From: Lachnospiraceae bacterium
GTDB taxonomy: Bacteria; Bacillota; Clostridia; Lachnospirales; Lachnospiraceae
Direction of reading: 5' to 3'
Assembly (NCBI GenBank): GCA_017558145.1
Contig: JAFYWF010000116.1
Coordinates: 4,415 to 68,414, forward strand
Length of the DNA: 64,000 nucleotides
The translations under genes were made by a program, and so were the position numbers. This document shows, in pieces, positions 52,365-61,330 of the stretch. The notes beneath the pieces were generated by a model. It was not told the DNA's origin and searched no databases. It saw only the letters and a program-made list of their open reading frames with translations. The first letter of the stretch is position 1; every line of letters starts with the position of its first letter.

Positions 52365-52552
52365 GAGGGGCTGATTGCAAATTACTCAGAAATGGATTTT
52401 TTGTATCTAACTTGTACGCATCTGCGAAACATTGTTTGTGAGAAACGAACAAAACTGTTTACAGTTTTTGTACGTTAATCGCAAACAATGTAATGAGCAG
52501 TAAGCGAACAAGAGATACATAAATCCATGACTGATATTTGCAACAGCCCCTC
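52365..52552. repeat. ~188-bp long imperfect palindrome (single extended hairpin; ERIC/MITE-like)
   Basis: The arms pair end to end. gaggggctg-a-ttgcaaat (52365-) pairs with atttgcaa-cagcccctc (-52552). The inner blocks cag..atggattt..gtatct..ttgt..acattgtttg.ga pair with tc.caaacaatgt..acaa..agatac..aaatccat..ctg. The apex is acaaaactgt-tt-acagttttt near 52459. Confidence 0.8.
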
Positions 52553-52565
52553 TCGCTTTATAGAT

Positions 52566-52596
52566 GAAAAAGAGGAAGTCTTGCGACTTCCTCTTC
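52566..52596 (-). terminator. Rho-independent terminator of the flagellin gene
   Basis: Minus-strand RNA AAGAGGAAGUC-GCAA-GACUUCCUCUU followed by UUUU (stem 52570-52580 / 52585-52595). Confidence 0.8.
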
Positions 52597-52634
52597 TTAC
52601 AGCTATTTTTTTAATAAGCTTATTATTATTTTGA

Positions 52635-53495
52635 TTAGCCAAGTAATGCCAATACACCCTGATTAGACTGGTTAGCCTGAGCCAACATAGACTGTCCTGC
52701 CTGAGCAAGAATGTTGTTGTTAGAGAATCTAACCATTTCAGCTGCCATATCTGTATCACGAATCTGGCTTTCTGCTGCTGTTGTATTTTCTACAACGTTG
52801 TCTAAGTTTCTAATTGTGTGTTCAAGACGATTCTGGATAGCACCGAGTTCAGAACGCTGTGTAGAAACTGTTTCAAGCGCTTGCTTAACATAATTGTTAA
52901 GGCTGGAGAATTTACTTGTTGTAAATACTGTTGTAGAAGCTGTAATGCTTGCCTGTGTATAGAATGTAGAAATAGAAGAATAGTAAGATGTAGATAAACT
53001 ACTACAACTCATAGAATCAATAGTAATCTTAATATACTGTCCTGTTTCTGCACCAACCTGAAGACCGATATTAGTGAATTTACCATCTAATAAGCTCTTT
53101 TCGTTGAAAGTTGTTGTAGATTTAACTCTGTCGATTTCGCTCATTAACTGCTGAACTTCCATAGCGATGTAGTTACGGTCTGCTGTTGCAAGAGTTCCGT
53201 TTTCACCTTTAACTGCTAATTCGTTCATACGCTGTAACATATCATGTACTTCAGTTAAAGCACCTTCTGCTGTCTGTACACAAGAGATACCGTCAGATGC
53301 GTTTGCAGAAGCCTGTGTAAGACCTCTAATCTGTCTTCTCATTTTTTCAGAAATAGCTAATCCAGCTGCGTCATCTGCTGCACGGTTAATTTTGTAACCG
53401 GAAGATAATTTTTCTGTGGATTTTGCCTGTGCACCTGTTGTGATGTTAAGCATTCTCTGAGAATTCATTGCTGTAAGATTGTGTTGTACTACCAT
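52635..53495 (-). CDS. fliC: Flagellin (short, 286 aa; D0/D1 core with a minimal Ser/Thr/Tyr-rich central segment)
   Basis: N-terminus MVVQHNLTAMNSQRMLNITTGAQAKSTEKLSSGYKINRAADDAAGLAISEKMRRQIRGLTQA. C-terminus LGAIQNRLEHTIRNLDNVVENTTAAESQIRDTDMAAEMVRFSNNNILAQAGQSMLAQANQ. It has a strong SD (GGAGG). Confidence 0.95.
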   Translation of the reverse strand: MVVQHNLTAMNSQRMLNITTGAQAKSTEKLSSGYKINRAADDAAGLAISEKMRRQIRGLTQASANASDGISCVQTAEGALTEVHDMLQRMNELAVKGENGTLATADRNYIAMEVQQLMSEIDRVKSTTTFNEKSLLDGKFTNIGLQVGAETGQYIKITIDSMSCSSLSTSYYSSISTFYTQASITASTTVFTTSKFSSLNNYVKQALETVSTQRSELGAIQNRLEHTIRNLDNVVENTTAAESQIRDTDMAAEMVRFSNNNILAQAGQSMLAQANQSNQGVLALLG

Positions 53496-53650
53496 AAATT
53501 TACCTCCTTGTATTACTGGACAACTCCTTTTGTCTCAGTTAAAAATTATTTAAATAGTTTTTAATTTATATTAACTACAAGTCAAAAGCTTTAAGTCGGG
53601 CCCTGACGAAAGGCCTATGACTTGTAGTTAGTATCACCTTTGTATATTTT
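53496..53650 (-). ncRNA. Flagellin 5' UTR with CsrA-type sites and a GC-rich palindromic insert
   Basis: In RNA sense: a 10-bp perfect-stem hairpin CUACAAGUCA...UGACUUGUAG (53575-53627), then ACAA-AAGGAG-UUGU with GGA in the loop (rc 53520-53533), and 8 nt later ACAAGGAGGUA overlapping the SD (rc 53501-53511). Confidence 0.55.
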
Positions 53651-53676
53651 ATATCGGAAGGTTTTTTTATTACTTA
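53651..53676 (-). promoter_or_regulatory. Sigma-D/sigma-28-type promoter of the flagellin gene (TAAG-N15-CCGATAT)
   Basis: Minus strand: TAAG (rc 53673-53676), 15-nt spacer, CCGATAT (rc 53651-53657). The -35 context GGTTAAG is the same as in copy L2. Confidence 0.7.
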
Positions 53677-53796
53677 ACCCCTTTTTTTTAATTTTTTAAT
53701 AAATTTTTATTCGGCCTCATTTTTCAAATTAAATGCAACCCCTACTTCATCCAAACTAGAAGTTACTGTTTTATTAGCAAACTTATTTCATCCAAT

Positions 53797-54717
53797 TCAA
53801 TCTATATGATACAATACTCTATCTTCTTCTGGTATCATCAAAGCCTCCATTGCTTTTTCCAATGTAAGATTCATACTTTTCATAAGATTTTCCAGATTTT
53901 CCTTGATTGCCTCTTGTCTTCCTTCTTGCCTTCCACTTTCCTTATGATCATTCCATGCTTTACACATATCAAATCTCTCCCCTTCTTCTGTTTTTACTTT
54001 ATATTTGTTAATGTTTATATTAATACCTAAAACTCCAAAAATAGCTCTCATAGATTCTTTATCCAGCAAATAACCATTCATGTATACACTTATTATCTCA
54101 TTCATTTTGTTTTCGTCTTTTGAATTTAATAATAATTCAAATATAAAGCGATTTTCTGTTTTAAATTGAGAAAAATCTTTATAATCATGATAGTCAAAAA
54201 GATTTAGTCTGTAATTTGTTACAAATGGTTGCAACCTTTCATCCATCTCCAATAACTCATATAACGATCGTGCTCCATCCCAAGCTTCATTTTTTCCTAA
54301 ATATAAGATTAATGTGATTATTGGTTGAAATTTTTCATTTTTTCTCATTTGACTTAAAAATTCATTCTTAGTAAATTTATATCTAGCATTAATCCATTTC
54401 CTATAAGAATGTTTTTGCTGCTTTAGATAGCCAACCGCTTCTTCCAGCATGACTCTTAACACCATTCTGTAATCTACATAAGATTGATTTTCTAAAATAC
54501 AAATTGAAATTTTCTGTCCTTTCCACCTATAAACCTTGTCTCTTATCACCTTTATAGCTTCTTCATTTTTTTCATGATGCACCAGTTGAGAATCTAATTC
54601 TTCCAATTCCTCTTCCCTGATAATTTGTTCGCCATGAAACATAACTCCATTAATCATATCCGCAAAACGTCTTTTATCATCAAAATAGTCGCTTTGCCAC
54701 AAATCTTTTTTTCCCAA
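53797..54717 (-). CDS. Rpn-family recombination-promoting nuclease / putative transposase (YhgA-like), copy 2; TTG start
   Basis: DYFDDKRRFADMINGVMFHGEQII..., ISICILENQSYVDYRMVLRVM, and a C-terminal GRQEGRQEA repeat followed by a helix. These are typical of this family. Confidence 0.7.
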   Translation of the reverse strand: MGKKDLWQSDYFDDKRRFADMINGVMFHGEQIIREEELEELDSQLVHHEKNEEAIKVIRDKVYRWKGQKISICILENQSYVDYRMVLRVMLEEAVGYLKQQKHSYRKWINARYKFTKNEFLSQMRKNEKFQPIITLILYLGKNEAWDGARSLYELLEMDERLQPFVTNYRLNLFDYHDYKDFSQFKTENRFIFELLLNSKDENKMNEIISVYMNGYLLDKESMRAIFGVLGINININKYKVKTEEGERFDMCKAWNDHKESGRQEGRQEAIKENLENLMKSMNLTLEKAMEALMIPEEDRVLYHID

Positions 54718-55010
54718 TTTGCCTTCCTTCCCTATTTAATTTTTTAAAAAAGGGAATTTCTGATGCGATAGGATTTAGATTTGCCCTTAAGATATGCGAT
54801 AGAATCCCTTGTGTTAAATTAAATATATTATAATTTTTTATTATATTATCACAGTTTTACGTTTCCTCATATGTGCAATATTCACAAACTTTCTGCAATG
54901 TAAAATAAGGTATCATTTTGACACCTTATTTTACTATCATCACTATTTATAAATCTTGTTGGATATTAATCACTACCTTTTATTAATTCAAATTCTACAA
55001 AACATGAAGA

Positions 55011-56069
55011 TTATTTCATTCCTAAAACATTTTTATTCCAAAGAATCTTACATCCATCTTGATATAAAGAATAATCTTCTAAGTGCAAGGCTTTTTCTAA
55101 TATACTATAATATTTTGAGGATGTAGAAAATCCGGTTGCATACTTTCTATACAACTCAACAGTCAAAAAGAATATAGCAGTTTTAACCATTTCTTCCATT
55201 TGATTTGTTCGAATGTAATTTAGTGCAATTTGATCTAATAATTTTTCATATATTTTTATGTCCATAGGAAGATTTAATTTTTCTCTCTCTTCCATCATTA
55301 ACTCCGTAATCCAATAGGTATCAATACACTTAATATTCCTTCCCGCATTTGCCGTGATTCCCTTTGCATTTTGGCGGTACCAATATACGGTATTATCATA
55401 TTTGATCACTTTATGACACCTGGGAGCAATCAAATAACCCATAATAGAATCTTCATACCAGTATCCTTCCGGAAAATCTACATGTTGCAATAAGTGACTC
55501 TTTATTATCTTTCCCCATACATAACCGGATACTTGATTTTGATCTATTTCATTCATTGTTTTTGTATCATCTGATTTTAATTCCATGATTTCTGTTATAT
55601 CAGAAAATGTTTTAAAATCACCTTCCACCATGTCTGCATCGTATTCCATTGCAATCTGTAGCATTTCTTCTATGGCATTTTCTGCCAGAATATCGTCCGC
55701 ATCTACAAACATATAATATCTGCAATCCATTTTCTGCATTCCACGATTACGGGATCCGGAAAACCCTTTGTTTTCCTGATGGATAATTTTTATATTATCA
55801 TATTTTGTATATGATTCTAATATCTCTCCTGTTCGGTCTGTAGATCCATCATTGATACATACCACTTCCCATTGATACCTCGTCTTTTGATTCACAAGAG
55901 ATTGCAGGCACTCTTCCAGATATTTTTCTTCGTTATAACAGGGAACCACTACTCGCAAATCTATTGCTACTTCTTCCATTTTTTTACTTGTTATGGAAGA
56001 GGATTGAGGTTTAGGGGATAGTGTATTCAGAAAATTTCTTACAAACAACAAATCATTTTCATTTAACAT
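55011..56069 (-). CDS. GT2 glycosyltransferase
   Basis: LRVVVPCYNEEKYLEECLQSLVNQKTRYQWEVVCINDGSTDRT...FVDADD. Confidence 0.85.
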   Translation of the reverse strand: MLNENDLLFVRNFLNTLSPKPQSSSITSKKMEEVAIDLRVVVPCYNEEKYLEECLQSLVNQKTRYQWEVVCINDGSTDRTGEILESYTKYDNIKIIHQENKGFSGSRNRGMQKMDCRYYMFVDADDILAENAIEEMLQIAMEYDADMVEGDFKTFSDITEIMELKSDDTKTMNEIDQNQVSGYVWGKIIKSHLLQHVDFPEGYWYEDSIMGYLIAPRCHKVIKYDNTVYWYRQNAKGITANAGRNIKCIDTYWITELMMEEREKLNLPMDIKIYEKLLDQIALNYIRTNQMEEMVKTAIFFLTVELYRKYATGFSTSSKYYSILEKALHLEDYSLYQDGCKILWNKNVLGMK

Positions 56070-56070
56070 A

Positions 56071-57033
56071 TCAAATACCCAACTTCTTTAGTATCTCCAT
56101 ACATTTTTCCAGAGTCATACTTAATTCCAATTTTTCTTGATTCAGCTTTTCAATAGTGTCATTCATAAATCCACTGTCCACTTCATTTAACACCACATCT
56201 TCTAATAATTGTATATAAAATGGAGTCAGCTTGGCATACTGCCACCAGAATTTCTCCGTATTGAAATGCAATGCTTCATGCTGCCATGGTTTTCTTCCTG
56301 CAAAATGAATGATAGAAGTATTTTCTTTTACCCAATCGTAATCAAGTCCTTCATTAAAGGCAAGTTTTGCGAAAAGATTATATTTTTTTTCATCCAAATA
56401 ACGTACATCACCATGATATACATAATTTAATAAATCTTGATCTTGTGCTCCTATATTTAATTTTAGACCCATTTGAACAAAAAATTCCAAATTTACATTT
56501 TCTCTCATCTTATCCAAATTCATCAAAAGAATTCCGGCATTAAAGTATTGAAAATTCTCTTGTTTCATATGTTCTTGGAATAATTCATACTGCTTCTGCA
56601 TTAATCCTCCGGTTAATACACTCATATCCGGACAAACACACAAAGATTTTCCCTGAAAATCCGTATGATAGAAATCCCAAATAGACTCCTTCACAATCAC
56701 ATCTACATCCAGGTATAAAATTCGATTTATTTCTTTTGGCAATATATCCGTTAATGCCAAACGATAATATACTTCCAACGGCCATTCCTCTGTGTGAGGA
56801 AGCTCTTGTGGAAACCATTCTTTTTCCATTTTCACCAAATATATTATTTGCTTATATTTTTCTGCCAAATCATGAAAGTGCTGTAACTCTTTCTCTGCTA
56901 CTTGTCCATACAGTACAAAAACCTGTACCTCTCTATCTTTATGATTTTCAAATACCGATGTCAGCATAACGCATGCATATTTTACAAATTTTTCGTTTAC
57001 CGCAATGGCAATATTCATTCTCTTTTGTTCCAT
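56071..57033 (-). CDS. GT8 glycosyltransferase (paralog of the N-domain of 44459..46495)
   Basis: MNIAIAVNEKFVKYACVMLTSVFENH...LYLDVDVIV...FNAGILLMNL. Confidence 0.85.
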   Translation of the reverse strand: MEQKRMNIAIAVNEKFVKYACVMLTSVFENHKDREVQVFVLYGQVAEKELQHFHDLAEKYKQIIYLVKMEKEWFPQELPHTEEWPLEVYYRLALTDILPKEINRILYLDVDVIVKESIWDFYHTDFQGKSLCVCPDMSVLTGGLMQKQYELFQEHMKQENFQYFNAGILLMNLDKMRENVNLEFFVQMGLKLNIGAQDQDLLNYVYHGDVRYLDEKKYNLFAKLAFNEGLDYDWVKENTSIIHFAGRKPWQHEALHFNTEKFWWQYAKLTPFYIQLLEDVVLNEVDSGFMNDTIEKLNQEKLELSMTLEKCMEILKKLGI

Positions 57034-57088
57034 TTTTTATCCCGCTTTTTTATAATTTGTATTTTATGTCAGCCAAATTATAATTTCT

Positions 57089-58216
57089 TTATATTATTAT
57101 ATCTTTCAACTGTTCTGTTATCACTTGGGTACTGAAATGATCTTCATAGACATATCTTCCTGCCTGAGCAATAGCAGATAAATTATTTTTTTCTGCAATT
57201 ACAAGTAAAATTCTTTTTAACAGTTCCTGCACATTTTCACTTGGGAAAACAAAGCCATTCACACAATCTTGCATGAACTTGGAAATACCCGTAGCATCTG
57301 ATACAATACACAACTTTTGAAACATCATTGCTTCCACAATTGTGGTTGGTGTTGCGTCTACTCTGGAAGGCGCCAAAACACAATCGCAAATCTCGTACCA
57401 TTCATACACCTGTGATTTATCTATACTTCCTAAAAATTCTGCATTAGGTAACATTTCTATGGCTTTACAAATAGTTTCTCCATATTCTTTTTGTCCCGGC
57501 AAGGAATAACCACAAAAATAAAATTTGGATTTTTTCTGAAATTCTTCCGGTAACATCGTAATAGCTTTAATCAGAAGATCCTGTCCCTTAATACTGGTTA
57601 GTGCTGCCGGGATAAAAAATATAACCTGCTCATTTTCTTTTACTATAAATTCTTTCTTTCTTTTATCCTGAATTGGCATAGAAAGGAGTTTTATATTTTT
57701 ACCATACAGTTCCTGAACTCCTTCTTGTACCGCTGGTGTAACACCTGCAATTTGTATGTTGGAACTTAACAAACTCAGATTTAAAAAATCCTTCTGCATT
57801 ATTTCCAACTGTGTTTTTGTTTCATGAAACCACCATAACACTTTCGTTTTAGTATTTAAAAAATAATACACATAATAATAACAGCCTGCAGAATTAACAA
57901 ATATTAAATCAAAGGATTCTCTTAAAACCTCTCGATATTCCTCAGAGCAATATACATATGGGCGGATAATAATATTGACACCCATTTGTAACATTTTTTC
58001 TCTATATTCACCATCCTCAGAAGAAATCATATATATTTCATACTTCTCCCAAAGAGCCAGCTCTAACAATTCTTTCATTACTGTCATAGCTCCGCTTAAT
58101 CTTAAGTCAGGAACAATAACCAGCATTTTCTTTTCCTTTTCCGGTAATTTTGAATCATAGATTTGACTTGCTTCTTTGGAAAGCTTTACCATCAAGTCTT
58201 CTCTTGGAATGCTCAT
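57089..58216 (-). CDS. GT4 (group 1) glycosyltransferase
   Basis: GT-B layout. The C-terminal domain has LAPSRVDATPTTIVEAMMFQKLCIVSD (the E-x7-E-like region). Confidence 0.7.
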   Translation of the reverse strand: MSIPREDLMVKLSKEASQIYDSKLPEKEKKMLVIVPDLRLSGAMTVMKELLELALWEKYEIYMISSEDGEYREKMLQMGVNIIIRPYVYCSEEYREVLRESFDLIFVNSAGCYYYVYYFLNTKTKVLWWFHETKTQLEIMQKDFLNLSLLSSNIQIAGVTPAVQEGVQELYGKNIKLLSMPIQDKRKKEFIVKENEQVIFFIPAALTSIKGQDLLIKAITMLPEEFQKKSKFYFCGYSLPGQKEYGETICKAIEMLPNAEFLGSIDKSQVYEWYEICDCVLAPSRVDATPTTIVEAMMFQKLCIVSDATGISKFMQDCVNGFVFPSENVQELLKRILLVIAEKNNLSAIAQAGRYVYEDHFSTQVITEQLKDIII

Positions 58217-58374
58217 GAAATCTTACTCCTTATGATATCGTAAAGATATACTCTTAATTTCCTTTATTTTATCATTCATTGTCTTTATTAACAATTGTGC
58301 ATATTGTACATACATACGTATAAAAATGTGTTAAAATAATTCCAACATTTGACAGTATCAATTGGAGTATTCTT

Positions 58375-60126
58375 ATGAAAATACAAAAGTTAAAGAATCA
58401 AATATTGGATTCTATAAATGAGCAAAATTATGTAAAGGCATTAGAATATTATCTTCACTACGAAAAGGAAGGGTATCCCTTTGATGATTCCATTGCCATT
58501 TTAGCCGGTAGTATTTTTCATTATTTTGGAGAACGTGAAAATGCCTGGGATGCTATTTCTAAAGGACTTTCCTATAACCATGCCAACTATGAATTATATG
58601 TTATGTTGGGAAATTACTACTTAGAGCAAAATTTAATACAGGCCTATTTGTGCTTTGAAAATGCTTTGTTTTTTTGCGACAACGAAGACGATAAAAATGT
58701 AATTCGCTCTTTAATGGAACAGTTATCCACAGAATATCAGGTACCTGTCCCTAAAACATCCTTCGTGATTCTTTCCTATAATTTATTAGAATACACAAAA
58801 AAATGTATTGAAAGTATTCGTTCCTCTACACCTGAAAGTGCCAGAGAAATTATTGTTGTTGATAACGCTTCTCTAGATGGCAGTGTAGAATGGCTTCGCA
58901 TGCAATCGGATATCATCCTGATTGAAAATAAGGATAATGTTGGCTTTCCGGCCGGCTGCAACCAGGGAATAACAGCATCCTCTCCGAATACTGATATTTT
59001 CTTATTAAACAATGATACAATTGTTACTCCCAATTCTCTTTTTTGGCTTCGTATGGGATTATATGAAAATGATAATGTTGGTTCCACAGGAAGTGTTTCC
59101 AATTACGTTGCTAACGGTCAGCAAATAGAAAAAGATTTTACGTCCATAGAAGATTGGCTTTCTTTTTCAGATACCAATAATATTCCTATGAAATCTCCTT
59201 ACGAAGAAAAATTATGCTTAGTAGGATTTGCTTTATTGATAAAAAGAAGTGCTCTAAATGAAATTGGTCTTTTGGATGAAATCTTTACTCCGGGCAATTG
59301 TGAAGATGTAGATTATGGACTTCGTATGTTAAAAGCCGGTTATCACAATATTTTGTGTAAGAACAGCTTTATACTGCATTTCGGAAGTAAATCCTTTAGA
59401 AAAGATGATCAGAAGTATTTTAATCTTTTAGAAAATAATATTTTAAAACTAAATTCAAAATGGAATATGGATATTTCTAAATATATGCATCCATCTGTTG
59501 AACTATTAGATATGATATCTTGTAAACAAGATACGCCCATAAATATTTTAGATATTAATTGTGGATGTGGTGCTCTCATGGCCAAAATAAAAAGTTGGTA
59601 TCCTAATTCTACTATTTATGGTATTGAAGTTGATTCCGAAGCTACCGCTATTGCTAGGGCTTTTGGACAGGTGATTTGCAATGATATAGAAGAATTGGAA
59701 TTATCGTGCCCGGAAAATTATTTTGATTATTGTATCATAGGAGATGCTTTAGAACATTTACCTAATCCCAAAAAATTCTTAGAAATTTTACGTAGATACA
59801 TAAAACAAAATGGACATATCATTTTATCCATACAAAATGTAAAGCATTGGTCTGTATTACTTCCTTTACTGACAGAAGATGCATTTTCATATTCTAATAA
59901 TGGACTTACAGATGATACACCTTCTAATATTTTTACTCTTCGAGAAGTATTAAAGCTCCTTTTATTGTGTGGGTACGAAGTTGAAAATTATAATTTTACT
60001 ACTTTAGGTGAACCAACTGTAAAAGAACAGGAAATGATTCAGAATCTTGTTACGTATATGAAGCAACCAAATATTTCCACTTTTATGGCTCATAAATATG
60101 TGATACTTGCAAAAGTAGTCGATTAG
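58375..60126 (+). CDS. Triple fusion: N-terminal TPR - GT2 glycosyltransferase - C-terminal class I SAM methyltransferase
   Basis: TPR-like YVKALEYYLHYEK...YELYVMLGNYYLEQNLIQAYLCFENAL. GT2: SFVILSYNLLEYTKKCIESI...VVDNASLDGS...LLNNDT. MTase: ILDINCGCGALM...IIGDALEHLPNPKKFLEILRRYIKQNGHIILS. Confidence 0.8.
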   Translation: MKIQKLKNQILDSINEQNYVKALEYYLHYEKEGYPFDDSIAILAGSIFHYFGERENAWDAISKGLSYNHANYELYVMLGNYYLEQNLIQAYLCFENALFFCDNEDDKNVIRSLMEQLSTEYQVPVPKTSFVILSYNLLEYTKKCIESIRSSTPESAREIIVVDNASLDGSVEWLRMQSDIILIENKDNVGFPAGCNQGITASSPNTDIFLLNNDTIVTPNSLFWLRMGLYENDNVGSTGSVSNYVANGQQIEKDFTSIEDWLSFSDTNNIPMKSPYEEKLCLVGFALLIKRSALNEIGLLDEIFTPGNCEDVDYGLRMLKAGYHNILCKNSFILHFGSKSFRKDDQKYFNLLENNILKLNSKWNMDISKYMHPSVELLDMISCKQDTPINILDINCGCGALMAKIKSWYPNSTIYGIEVDSEATAIARAFGQVICNDIEELELSCPENYFDYCIIGDALEHLPNPKKFLEILRRYIKQNGHIILSIQNVKHWSVLLPLLTEDAFSYSNNGLTDDTPSNIFTLREVLKLLLLCGYEVENYNFTTLGEPTVKEQEMIQNLVTYMKQPNISTFMAHKYVILAKVVD

Positions 60127-60238
60127 AAATATGTTTTTTACAATATTAAAATTCTTTGGTAGTTTCAATTTATAAAATCAAGAATAAGGCTTTTATGAAC
60201 CTTATAAATCGTAAATATCTTATTTCGAGGTCAATGTT

Positions 60239-61057
60239 ATGATTAGTGTTATTATACCTACCTATAATAGAGCCGGTACCATATTAAGATCTGTAAACAG
60301 TGTTTTAAATCAAACTTATAAAGATTTGGAACTTATTATTATTGATGATGGTTCTACAGACAATACAAAAAAATTAATAGAGGAAATGGAAGACGATAGA
60401 ATCCGTTATATTTATCTTGGAGCCAATGGCGGTGCTTCCAATGCTCGTAACATTGGTGCTTCTTATGCTTTAGGAGATTGGATTGCTTTTCAGGATAGTG
60501 ATGATGCATGGCGTCCTGAAAAACTGGAAAAACAAATGATATTGGCCAATGAACATCCGGAGTATTCTTTAATTTATTCCTCTTTTGAGTATCATGATTT
60601 AGATGGAACATCTACCGGTTTTCCCGCAAGACCATACACCGGTATTATGGAAAATGATATGTATTCTTCTCTTCTTCTTTGTAATGTGATTGGTTGTCCA
60701 ACGATGCTAATCAAAAGAGATGCTTTTTCACAATCGGGAGGATTTGATACCAATTACCATAGTTTGGAAGATTGGGAATTTGTCATTCGATTTTCTAAAA
60801 ATAATTTGATTGGTTTTGTACCGGATTATCTTATGGATGTTTATTTATTAAACAACGGTGTATCCTCTCGTGTAGCACCTTATTATGAAAGTCGATGTCG
60901 TATGCTTGCAGAATATCGAGAGGATATTATGAAATTAGGCTTATTTGATACTATTGTTTTAGATATTTTTAATCGAGCCAAAGATTCCGGCGTTCAAAAA
61001 CAGGTACAGGACATGATGATGCTTTACCTTCAAACAATTTCTCCGAAGAATATATAA
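60239..61057 (+). CDS. GT2 glycosyltransferase
   Basis: MISVIIPTYNRAGTILRSVNSVLNQTYKDLELIIIDDGSTDNT...FQDSDD. Confidence 0.85.
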   Translation: MISVIIPTYNRAGTILRSVNSVLNQTYKDLELIIIDDGSTDNTKKLIEEMEDDRIRYIYLGANGGASNARNIGASYALGDWIAFQDSDDAWRPEKLEKQMILANEHPEYSLIYSSFEYHDLDGTSTGFPARPYTGIMENDMYSSLLLCNVIGCPTMLIKRDAFSQSGGFDTNYHSLEDWEFVIRFSKNNLIGFVPDYLMDVYLLNNGVSSRVAPYYESRCRMLAEYREDIMKLGLFDTIVLDIFNRAKDSGVQKQVQDMMMLYLQTISPKNI

Positions 61058-61234
61058 TATAATCATAGATTTTTTATGTTTGATTAACAAAACTCCTCGA
61101 TTTATTAATCTAATGCCTTATTTTAATGACATTGATTTCTAAACCGAGGAGTTTTTGTTTTCATTATTATTTCATAATCCTTATCATTATGGCATGATTC
61201 TACATCTTTACTTTAATTCTCTTTAATATTATAT

Positions 61235-61330
61235 GATTTGATGATTATACCTTAATTTTTTTACTATAACCCGATTCGATGACTCTACCCTAATTCATTT
61301 TACTATTACACAATTTGATTACTCTACCAC
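61235..61330. repeat. ~38-bp tandem repeat (2.5 copies) reiterating the stop-codon region of the CgeB-like gene
   Basis: R1 gatttgatgattataccttaattttttt actataac (61235-61270). R2 gattcgatgactctaccctaattcatttt actattac (61273-61309). R3 atttgattactctaccac (61313-61330) contains the real stop (61319-61321). Confidence 0.75.

Noticed and set aside
52475-52759. 94-aa ORF spanning the long palindrome and the 3' end of the flagellin gene
   Set aside because: It overlaps the flagellin coding region in another reading frame on the same strand and crosses the flagellin terminator and half of the palindrome. It has no RBS and an implausible sequence.
54900-54934. Hairpin gtaaaataaggt...accttattttac as the terminator of the 55011 GT2 operon
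   Set aside because: The stem is good, but no U-run follows it on either strand, so it is not reported as a terminator.
58235-58266. ACGATAT upstream of the GT4 gene 57089-58216 as a fifth sigma-D promoter
   Set aside because: The -10 deviates (A instead of C), and the nearest TAAG and TAAA elements are 11 nt and 21 nt away. Both fall outside the 15-17-nt window seen at the other four sites.
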